A stretch of DNA of 55,593 bases, the filler included, from Streblomastix strix (taxonomy: Eukaryota): assembly GCA_008636045.1 (NCBI GenBank). It is 3 parts of 3 records of this genome, joined end to end, with 100 filler letters (N's around TTAATTAATTAA, not from the genome) between each part and the next. Parts side by side here need not be neighbours in the genome. Positions count along the whole stretch, not along the records: positions 18,578 to 37,051 come from SNRW01000605.1; 2 more parts are not named here. One strand, given 5' to 3'. The notes under the pieces are model-generated. The model worked only from the letters and a program-made list of their open reading frames with translations, was not told the origin of the DNA and ran no database searches. Of the stretch, positions 25,998-37,151 are shown piece by piece. Numbering within the stretch: position 1 is the stretch's first letter; each line of letters starts with the position of its first letter. Made by a program: the position numbers and the translations under genes.

Positions 25998-28900
25998 TAT
26001 ATACGACACGATTTACAAGGTAAACATGACGCGAGCATTGATGGACACGATGGAATAAGAGAACTTACTGAAAAAATAACCGTCACCAGTAATACGTCCA
26101 GGGAACAACAATTAGATGCTGAGGTCGTAGCGAGCATTAGCATGGACTGAAGGTGCACATCTGGCTTCTGTAGACACGTTATTGACAAGAATAGTAGGCT
26201 TCACAAGAGAACTGGACCAGGAACTGAAGAAGCTAACTGCGCAACAAGTAATAGATTTGATCAGGAGCACACCAGAGATAATGCCACCAGAATGGGCTCA
26301 AGATATCGCTAGAAACACGACATCAGAAACCCAACAGACTACATTTTTACAACAATTAAGTCAGTTACAACTGTAGAGCCTGAATCCTTACGCACCACTC
26401 AATTCTTTTTACAACCAAATCCCTTAACATTAGATGTAAGGATAATAGCCACTACAATACCACTTCCAATGCACTAGACAGCCAATGCAATACCCGATTT
26501 AACCAACTCAGTTCCCATTTATTCCACCATTGAATCCATTTTTACTAACGATGAACCCACCGTAAACACATATAATCGAACACCGATTACCAAGTAACGA
26601 AAACGTAAGAGAATAATAGAGTTCAAGTTAATTAAGTTAATAGATGGACTAAGCTGCAACATAAACAGTCGAAAGACCACGACAGAATGCAACGTCAATT
26701 AGAAGTGTACCCAATATGTTGATTCCACCGATTCCAGCATATTAGCAACAACAAACTTCTAGAATACCGCTGCTACCCTACACTACAGAGAGGAATCAAC
26801 AGTAAAGACAGAGTTAAAGATCAATGTCTTCAACACACAAGAGAGCTGATGAATCTGAAGATGATGACTTTCTAGATGAAATATCACCGGGAATGACAAT
26901 GCCACACTTACCACCGCACTTGAGTGACATAGAATCAGCTCAAAGAATATGGTAAAATAGAGGATACTACTTAGTATGAGACCCTAGTGTGATCAAATAC
27001 AAGAACTCGAAATGGCATAGCAAGCTGGCAACACAGAAGCCCTTCACATTTAAAGATTGGAGAAAGTTCTGGTCAGATGCAGGCTTCTCATTGGAATAAA
27101 TTAACATAATACACTATCTATCAAAGGAATACACGTCTCAAAGCCCTCACGACAAGTCAAAAAGAAACAAATCTGTTAGAATATATGAAAGGGAGAAGGT
27201 ATATGCGATAGATAATGGAAAAAGAATGAAAATGAGAAGTAAAGATGAGGCGATCCTGGAAGCAGAAGCGAAAATAAGACACAGCAGTAGTAGTAGCAGC
27301 AGTTGCAGTTGCAGTAACAACTAGTAAGTACAAGATTATTGGACAGTGAAAGGAAATACGATAACTGCATGAACCGATGGAGACAAGGATTGATTGGAAG
27401 ATAACGAACGCCACAGATAAATGGAAAAATAGAAACAGATCGAATTTGATAAAAAAAACAATAGACAAAGAACCAATAACTACATCAACAACAACAATTA
27501 CAAATGTAAAAAATCCAGAAGTAAATGAAAACTAGTAACAAAGGCGTTCAGAGCTGAAAAAACCCCATTTGACTCATACAATCCGACTAGAATACTCAAG
27601 TATACTCAAACATAGACTTAAATTATATAAGTTTATAATATAAGAAATTCCACAAATCTCATTCACTACACCCCAACAACACTCACCATCACCCTCATTA
27701 GAAGAATCATTAACTATATTAAGAACAATTTCCCTCGGAGACCCACGAGGATACAAGGAAAAAGAACTCGAACGAAAACAATCGAAATCACAACAATTTG
27801 CAGGACTAATGGAAGTAGTTGAAAGGTTCCACGAAATATTGAAATAAATAATTGAAGAGGAAAAAAGAAACTCAAATTCATGTTGCTAGGATAGTACAAA
27901 GAACATCCGAACAAAGACGGTCCTGCTTTCATTTATCCACCTAAGAACTATCGCCCAATACCAATACCTAAACCCAAAGACCAAGACCTCTCAGAAGAAC
28001 AGTGGAAGTAATTTGATGGGGACGTACGCGAAGGCGTAGTCCTCTAATGTCTTTAACAAATCGATAACCTCGAGGCTTGGGTAAACCTATCAAAGGGATC
28101 ATACATACCAGGACTACTAAACATCAGTGACGGATTGGCTGGATTCATTAACATACACTACAAATTTATCAATCAATTGCAGAAGCAGTAATAGGCCTAG
28201 TCATATTCGCAGCAGAACAAATTGTATAATCGGAAACCGAAAGTAAAGACCAAGAACAAGCAACAAATGAATTATAAAGAATCGTAGCTGATGGAATAGA
28301 TGACAATGGAGACGATGATTATTCTGAGCACGCAATCGAACTCAAGCATTTCATTAACGGAAACGATGGATTCAGAACGAATGACAGCGGGATGCAGTTA
28401 CAGGCCAATGTCAACGGAGAAGCGAATCCTGAGATCAATATCGCAAAACATCCGCCAGCACCCCACCTATCAACATAAACAGATCAGAGGTACTCGGAGG
28501 AAACGGTTTTGGGATGAAGTTACTGGAAGTATCCAACGAAAATGGACACTTAAACCTTCTGGCAATCGATAACAATGACAATGAAAACAATTACGAGCAA
28601 GTTTATGATAAATGAACCGGAGGAAAGTAAAACAAATATAGATCCAGCAATAAAAACCAATAAGAACAAGAAACAAAACTTTAGGATAAAGGAAATACTA
28701 AATTTTGAGGGACATGATCATTTCTTACAACCCATCCTGAATAAGAATTAAGAAATTCAAACATTTCGTAACCCAAAAACCAACCACATCTAATCACTAC
28801 ACCTCCAGAATTAGGTTAAGTTAAAATGAAAGTTGAAGTACCTAAACAAAGGATACAACAAACCAACGACCATGATACTAGAAGCATAACAGGTCAACTA

Positions 28901-29239
28901 AAGTCCATACCCAATAAGTCCTTAAGGAGTCCCGAAGCTAGAGCCAACTCCGACTCTCCTACTCTCTTCGCATTCCAGTAGGACCGGAGAAAGAAGGCAG
29001 ATGTTCCCATAGTTATTGAAGAAAAGTTCGCAACCCGCTCCAAAGGCAACAAGACCAGTGCAGGATCTAAAAATAGAAACAAGGATTCAACTCCGAAAAC
29101 CAGATAGAAATAGAACCCGATTACGAGACTGACTAGCCGGATTAGTTGGACTGAGGAAGAAAGAGATCAGGAAAAAGGGAGGGCAGAGATCTTGAGAACC
29201 GTGAAATCGTCAAGGAGAATAGAGAAATATTAGACAAGA

Positions 29240-30700
29240 ATGGGGGGTCAAATAGCGAGGTACTTAGAATAATGGGGAACAATTAACATGAAATATTTCA
29301 TCCAATATTGATTTACCCACCTATGGAAAGATAACCAGAGTATTAATAAACTGTAACGTTAGTTAAAGAAATTGAAATTTAGAGAAACAGACGAAGAAGC
29401 GAAGGAGTACAAGATAATGATTGAAGAAGATTTGAAATTGAACTCTGCAATATTGATCAGAAAGGAATAAATTAAATGGTATAACACAACATTCATGAAA
29501 ATGAAAGCAAACTGGAAATGGAGAAAGATACCGGATGCGAAAGCGTTGAATTAATAGATTGCAGACTTTCACTTTAAGAAGCACATTTCGAACGAGGCGA
29601 ATCAAACAATTAGACTTGGAGATTGGAGCACTTAACTAGACTTCTCCTCCGCAATTCACCACCTAATAGTCCAAATAGTGTCACAACCGTACCTAGCATT
29701 CGAGTACCAGAACAATCACTACCCATATAGAACAATGCCATTTACAATCAAATATCACCCGATATACTTCACAACAGTAATGGAGCTAATTATTTAATAA
29801 ATAAGAATGAAGATTGAGATCTGAATAATCAACTATGTAGACAACATCCTTCTCCTTCATCCGAACAAGGAATATCTAAAGAATATGACTCAGAAAGTAA
29901 TAGATACACTGAAATATTTCGGATTCACAGTAAACTCAGAAAAGAGCGAGACAGAACCAAAACCAACAGTAATTTTTTTGGATGGGAATGGAACCTAACC
30001 AACGCAATAGTTAAAACAAAACAGAAGATGCGATTACTTCTCCTGCACGATTTATACTATATGAGAAGATGAATAAAGACAGGAACAGAGATAAAAGTAA
30101 GACAAACAGCTAAATTAATTAGAAAGCTAAACTACTTTAGACTCTAATTTTAAGAAGCTTCACTCTTCCTGAATACAATAGGCCATTAGAAAGCATAATT
30201 AGCAAGACTTAGTGGATGAAATACAACGATAACATTGAACAAAACAGCAATTCCAGACATAAATTGGTTGATAGCGAAACTCAGAGCGAATATCCCAGCA
30301 CAACTAATATAGATACCATCACAAATGACAATGACAACGGATGCTGCACCCAGTGAGTGGGGTTCAACACTAGAGAGGGAAATGAAAATAATAGAAATAG
30401 CTCATGAAACTTGGAACAAAAGATAAGCAAAATTAACAAATAACAGTAAGGAAATTAAAGCAATAACTTAAAGCCTACGAAGTTTCGCCAAAGTCTTGAA
30501 GAATTCGCGAGTTCAATCCCTAACGATTAGAAATGATTATAATACTGCTGTTTTCGACATTATGAAATGAAGAGCATCAATTTCAATAATAAAGGGAATA
30601 AAATAGGTACTTTTAACAATAGTAAAGCTAGGAATTTAGATCCAGAATATTCACCTCCAAGGAGTTAAAACGAGATTGCAGACGCACTAAGTAAACTGTC
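29240..30700 (+). pseudogene. Reverse transcriptase and RNase H of DIRS element A
   Basis: GKWRKIPDAKALN, LDFSSAIHH, YRTMPF, YVDN (29834-29845, decayed YVDD). RNase H motifs MTTDAAPSEWG, EIKAI, IRNDYNTAV, HLQG..ADALS. Confidence 0.92.
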
Positions 30701-30719
30701 AAGAGCAGGAGACTACAAT

Positions 30720-31160
30720 CTAAAGGTGAAGATTTTTCAACAGACATGTCTTCAGATGAACTTGAACCCAATAATAGACTTATTCTAACAACATTTCAAT
30801 AATCTATTGTCAAGATTCATGTCATCAATAAAGGGATTCGGATAATTAGTAAATGATGCTCTCAATCAAGCATAGAAGAAGGGACATCCTTGTATTCATC
30901 CTCCTACCCCTATCCTTCAAGCAATTCTAAAGAAGATCAGAGAAGAACAGATCGAAGTAATGATAATCGCTCCACTATGGCCAGGCTACATATGGTATAC
31001 AGAACTGGTAAACGATAATGCTCAATCTCTTATGCTTGGTTGGAGCAACGAGATTCTGGAATCAGAAATATCTTTATTTAAGAAGAATTTGAAACTCCAT
31101 CTAAGCAAGATATGTTGTTCTTTGAAGGATCGAAGGCTAGAAAAGGAAGAAGATTCGTAA
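30720..31160 (+). pseudogene. DIRS DNA N6-adenine methyltransferase-like (MT) domain, element A
   Basis: IDLF..HFNNLL.RF, IHPP, IIAPLWPGYIWY, located between RNase H and YR as in DIRS1-like elements. Confidence 0.8.
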
Positions 31161-31169
31161 AGAAAGATT

Positions 31170-32181
31170 TTGAGAATATTAAACGTATACAAGGGAACAA
31201 TAGACACAATTTTATATGGAATAAGACATAATACCCAAAGAAAATACTATTATGCAATGGAAAAACTTAAGAAATGGACTCAAGTCAATCACTACAGAAT
31301 ACTTGATTTATTGACAATAAAACCATACATCATTATAACAGAGATACTAGCTTAATTTACTTCAGTAAACACTTCAGCAAGCTCAGCTCTTCAGTTTCTT
31401 AATGAACTCTCCTCAATACTCTCACTCACATTCGACATAGATTTAAAGAATAACCAAATGCTCCAATTCACCAGAAAAGCAATTTCAGCACATATGGTCA
31501 TGATACGGAAATACGGAAGACACATGGAACATGGGAATTTTATTTGACTACTGGAGAGGCAGAGGAGCGAATTGTAATTTGACAAACATTGAACAGTAGA
31601 CTAAACTAACTTCAATCCTTATGACTATTAGTTCAATGAGACCAGCCGAAATCGAAGGAATATCTCTAAAATACTAAGTAATTTGCAAGTAAACTAACAA
31701 GGTAGACTTGCGACTGCAACCAAAAACTAAGTCTGGCCTTCACTCGCACAAACTTCTAAACATTACTGATCAAAATTTGTGTCCAAGAGCAATATTTTTC
31801 GATTGGTTGAAAAGAATTGATAACAAACACGTTCGATCCATCAAAGACAAAAAGTATGGAGCATTATGGTGGAATGATTTCATAACTATACCAGCCAAAA
31901 GAGGCCAATTCTCACTCAGATTAATGAATTAACTAGAGGTGATGGGTATTATTGGGAAACAAGTATATTTATTTAGACACTCAGTAGCAATATAACTAGT
32001 AATAATGGATCTAGACGAAACGATATTAAACACATATACAGGACATGCGAGGAATTCAAAATCAACAAATGATTACTACGTATTTACTGAAAGATTAAAA
32101 GAAATTGAATTAGCAACGAAATTATTTGATACCCGCTGCCATGTGGAATGTAATCCAGTTTCAAATACTCAATAAAGGTGA
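31170..32181 (+). pseudogene. Tyrosine recombinase of DIRS element A
   Basis: MRPAEI (catalytic R), PKTK, LCP, YLFRHS, TGHARNSKSTNDYY. Ends at TGA 32179-32181, overlapping the ICR. Confidence 0.9.
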
Positions 32182-32273
32182 AGTTGTTGGATATAATATA
32201 TACACTCCTCAATTGCCAAAGTGGGACTATTGATAATTAGAGGATAAACAATAATATACAACAACTTCGCCTT
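32167..32273. repeat. Internal complementary region (ICR) of DIRS element A
   Basis: First part is complementary to the left terminus (24258-24331). Second part (caacttcgcctt) is complementary to the right terminus (aaggcgaatttg, ~32982-32993). Confidence 0.85.
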
Positions 32274-32902
32274 GGTCCCACCCATCAGTTTAAAACCCTA
32301 TAGAAATGGATTCATATAGTTTTTTTACTTTAGTCCCAACCCTTTGTGGCGTTTGTGAATCGATCACTGCACTTGTGTATCATATACTTTCTTTATTACA
32401 TCACCTTTCAATCTCCGGGAAATGCCATCACGCAACACTGACAAGTAAGTAAGTGAACTGTTGACAATGGTATCTAATAAGCTAGTGAGCATGAGATGCC
32501 AGCAATCATTCATGGGAGGATATGCTCACGCAGTTCGTTGATAGAATTGAAACTAGAAGCAAAGATATTTTTACTTTTTTGGCCATTTTATTTAGCATTT
32601 AACGATTTTTATTCAACATTTTATCTAATTTTAACTTTAATATTTAACTTTGTTTCGTAAAATTAACGTTTATTAATCTAATTTTAATATTTTTGTTCGA
32701 TGCTAGAACTTCTATACATAATTACGTAGTCATTTATTTTGGATTTTATTCTATCGCAAAATTTTTTATGGGGAGTTTCTCTTGCTGGCTCTCTTCTCAC
32801 CAATTTTACATTTTTAAAACAGCATTTCGTCTATTTTTTCTGCTGGATCTCCTGTTGTGTGTCCAGATTTTTCAATTTTTTCTACCTTTTTTTGTCTTTC
32901 TT

Positions 32903-33004
32903 ATTGGCCACCCCATTGTTAACATTGTTTGGGCAATTGCTAGAGGAATCACTTCAAATAGTTGAAGGCAATCACTCAATAAAGGCGAATTTGTAATATG
33001 GTAT
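32903..33004 (-). repeat. Right inverted terminal repeat of DIRS element A
   Basis: Reverse complement of 24311-24400. Confidence 0.9.
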
Positions 33005-34149
33005 CATAAATCTAATAAAAAAACCATTAATATTGGTTATAGCAAATTTGATTCTGCTAAATTCAGATTAAATCCGAGTTAGTATTTAATTATTCCATAA
33101 ATTGATTAAATAAGTAAAATTTTTGAAAAATAACATTATTTTTTCCATTTCTAAAAATATAAAAACGATATTAGAGAGAAATGTAAAAATTATCTAGAAT
33201 ATATGTAATTTGATGCATAAATGAAGTAATTCATATTTATCTGAAATATATTTCAGTAATCGAAGCAAAAAATTAAATACTTTTTGTTTTACTAAAATGG
33301 ATCAATAAATATATATTCTTTGTAAGTTTTCTTTCTAAATGTAAAGAAATTAAAAATAATTGTTTGAATAATGAAATATAAAATCTTATAATAATAACAA
33401 ATATTTATAACTTGTAAGATTGAATGATTCCAACATTTTTTATGATATTAGCTTTATTGTTCCAGAAAAATAAAAGAGATAATATTAATTATACAAATAT
33501 CTATTTATTTTTTTTTAAATTTGTTTGAATTTTTTTTTAAAATTTTTTCTTCGTTCTAGACTAAATACATTATTTGAATCTTTAAAATTAAATATTTTCA
33601 CTTTAGTAATCGAAAAAAACATATCTAAAAAATTCAATAAAAATCTCTTTAATTTTTTATTTAAAATTTCAAAATAATAAAATTCGATAAAAAAAATTAC
33701 TAAATTAATTTCAATAAATGTCTTCTATAATCTAAAAGTTATAAATTATAATTTATTAATTTGTTTAAAAAAGTAAAATGGTTATTATATTTTATTCTTA
33801 GTTTTGATTTAAAATATTTGAAGCCTTTGCAATGTTTATATTAATCGTCAATTATCAAAATTTTTGAGTTTTAAAATAAAAATAGTGTATTAAATTAATG
33901 TATTTTTTTAAAACCTAAATAGATAAAGAATTTTTTATGTTTCAAATTTATATATAAAACAAATTTTTTTAAGAAATTTTAAATCTAAAATTTGAAGAAT
34001 TAAAAATATAATAAATATGTGTATGTCCAAACCAAAACTCGACATATCTATTTTATTTAATAAATTTATTTAATCATTTAAAATAATAATCGTTTCTTTT
34101 TACAATTTTCTCATTTGTGAAGTGATAAATAAGAAACTTTTTTTTAAAA

Positions 34150-34890
34150 AGCTCCACAATTTAGAATTAAACTAAAAAAATTTTAAATGAAGAAATCTAA
34201 GAAAAAATCCAAACTTTAGGCTTAAATTGATGATTTGTAGAATTAGATTGAAGAATTGAAAGAAAATGAAAATGAAAAAACAAAAATTATGCTAGATGCA
34301 GCGAATATCGCGCTATATGAGCATTAAATGGCAATTCGAGCCGCTGCTGTTTTTAAAAAATCCCATCCTGAGATTGGAGATCTAAGCAATGGTAACGTTT
34401 CACAGGAGATGTATAACTCAGCAACATTTAGAAATGTAAGGAAGAATTATGAAAGAATTTAAAACCTGAAATTTTAAGTAATTAAGAATCTTAGAATTCA
34501 CCTTCTATATCTTTAAATTATCACTTCATTCGTAATTTGTAAGAAATATGCTAGTTATCAGAATTAGAGAGGATTATGTATTTTTTATATTTATAAAAAT
34601 ATATAATTTTTATCATTTTTTAATGATTTTTCTATTTCAGCCAAGCTGTATCACTCCATAACAGATTAATTCAAAAAAAAGTGGAATAAAAGGTTATGAA
34701 GTTCCAATAATATTTGGTATACATATTCAGTGTTTAAAATAAATTAACAAAATATATTTATTTTTTATGTAATTTCTTAAACTTAAAAATTTTTACTTAT
34801 TTACTTATCTCAGGACTTTAACAATACTTCAAATGTCTAGCTAAATCACGCTTATAATTCTAATTCTTTGTATTAGATACCTTCTAGCAA
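34150..34890 (+). pseudogene. Host-like gene remnant (coiled-coil exon followed by intron-like segments), abutting the PolB fragment
   Basis: Open frame ~34220-34577 (AQIDDLQNQIEELKENENEKTKIMLDAANIALYEHQMAIRAAAVF...) followed by GT...AG segments. No recognisable domain. Confidence 0.35.
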
Positions 34891-36643
34891 TTGAGGGGAC
34901 AGAGTTTTCCATTAATTACCATATCAATATCATTAATATACATTGCATGGATTTCATCAACAAATTTCAATGGAACTAATAATATGATAACAGTTATATA
35001 GTCTTTATCAATAATATGTTCTTCAAATTTGATAAATTATTCGTCATCACTACGATTTGTTTTATATTTCGTCTCATCATCTGTATATGTTATAACATTA
35101 AGCTTGAAAATCTATTGATTTTTTTCAAGATCTGTTACTAAATTGAAACCATTACATTATTCGAGTAATTATTTATTAGCTTTATTTAATCTGCTGCTTG
35201 GGTTAATGTCATGGAATTAAAAGAACAATTTAAAAGCATCACTTATTCGACTCTTTGTCTCAACTATATTATTGTGTAAAGCAAAAGATGTTGCTATGAT
35301 CCAACAAATTTTGTACCCGCAATCCACATTTCTAGTGATACCTTCTTTATTGAAATTCAAATGTATTTAATCAATTTTAGTGCCTAATGGTAATCTATAA
35401 ACAACAATCAATAACGAAAATAGTACAACCTTTAATATTGATGAATCTTCATGAAAATAATCTTAATAGTTTGAAAGTAAATCAACTGCTTTCAATTTGA
35501 AATAGCTATTAGTCTGTTTATCTCGAACTTCAGTGTTAGATAGAATCTAATAACTTTTATGAGCACTAGGTCCTGTGTAATAGTAATGATATTTAACTAA
35601 TCTTCGTTAAAGCTTACAGATTTATAACTTTTTCTACTAGATAGATCCAAAATCAATATACGCTTTATACGGTTTAGATTTCTCTAATTCATATACCTAA
35701 TCGATTTTATCCTTCAGATGTTGCCTGCCATAGAAATGGTTGTAGTAGTATTAGATATATTATTTATTATTAAACATACGTTTTGATTATATTAATGAAT
35801 CAGGTAATCCATCTATAATAACTTCATTCTTTTCTTAGAATCTCTTGCGTGCCTGAACTAGTGTGGCATAATAGTCCGATAGATTTCAACGCGTGAATAT
35901 AACAAACGCTTTTTATTTAATGTCTCTATTTTTATTTTTTTATTCTTTTTTTTGTTAAACTTGGTTCACTAAGATGATCCATATGTAATCCATAATATTC
36001 ATCATTAAGTATTTTCACCTTTTTATTAAATTTTTAACACCAAATTTTATTTCTAAGTATTTGAGAATTTTAAAGAGGTTTTCACTTTATCATTTATGTC
36101 TGGAAGTGGTTATTATCTATTCTAATTACAGTCTTAGTTAATGTTTTTGCATTTATTATTAATCGCATTAATCGCATCAATTGATTATTTCATTAGTTGC
36201 TCTATTAAATGCCTTCAGCAATGCTATTGAATTAATATTGTTGCTTAATTCAGTTTCTCTAATTTTTCCTATTATTCATATATATCATATTTACATAATT
36301 GGTTTTATTTATCTAATTCTAATTAATGTTTCAATTACTATTTAGCTAGATATTATTCATAATTTGAATTAATTTCATTTGATTATTCTATCTATACACT
36401 CGAAGATTCAGAATGCAAAGCATTATCATTCAAATCAAATTCTTCTCTTAATATTTTATTTATTATTTATAGTGATTCTTATATTTAGTGTATCTAATTA
36501 GTTATCTATCGTTAAGCTTGTAACAACAATTACACTCCCCATCTTCTACCATATTCATCAAATTTTTATTTAAATTTAGCTCTATACTTAACATGGTCAA
36601 ATGGATGGTTCCGTTCAGAACCAACATCTATCATTTTTTCCAT
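34890..36643 (-). pseudogene. N-terminal part of a Polinton/Maverick-type PolB gene (paralog of 37152-38400), 3'-truncated
   Basis: The reverse complement aligns colinearly with ~37200-38400, e.g. EHIIDKDY.TV..LLVPL..VDEIHAMYI.DI..VINGKL. Probable start ATG at 36643. Confidence 0.8.
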
Positions 36644-37051
36644 AAAAACATTTAAATTATTTTTATTAATAATTTTCGTAAATATTAAATTTTCAATTTT
36701 GCTCGTAAAAAAAAAAGTGCAAAAATATTTTTTTATTTTATGCGCCACGAATCGAATGTACTACTCTGCATGGTTTGCAAATATTTATAGTTCAATATTT
36801 TTAAATTAATTTTTCATAACAATTATTCAGTTTCAGCGGCTTCGACGCGAAAAAATCTAGGAAAATCATAATATTCGTTTTTTTTATTGGATCTTGCATT
36901 TAATTGTTTATTATTTCGTTTAAATATTATTTTAATTTTATTTTATGAATAATTTTCTAAAAAATTAAAAATGTGTTTGTCAAATTATACAGCAGATTCG
37001 ATTTATTATTATTTTTTTCTTGACTTTCGGGGCATAATGTAATAAAAATAA

Positions 37052-37151
37052 NNNNNNNNNNNNNNNNNNNNNNNNNNNNNNNNNNNNNNNNNNNNTTAAT
37101 TAATTAANNNNNNNNNNNNNNNNNNNNNNNNNNNNNNNNNNNNNNNNNNNN
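37052..37151. other. Artificial contig linker (N44-TTAATTAATTAA-N44)
   Basis: Same 100-bp spacer as 18478-18577. Confidence 0.98.

Larger units (their letters stand above)
24423..29230 (+). pseudogene. ORF1 (gag-like, long, Q/P/R/N-rich) of DIRS element A, interrupted by the 24958-25997 insertion
   Basis: The frame from ATG 24423 rejoins the frame of track ORF 26182-26376 once the insert plus one TA is removed. Later part has frameshifts and TGAs. Confidence 0.7.
24258..33004 (+). mobile_element. DIRS1-type tyrosine-recombinase retrotransposon (element A), near full length, decayed
   Basis: Left ITR ~24258-24400 is inverted relative to right ITR ~32903-33004, and there is an ICR at 32167-32273. 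Coding order is ORF1 - RT - RNase H - MT - YR. Confidence 0.93.
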
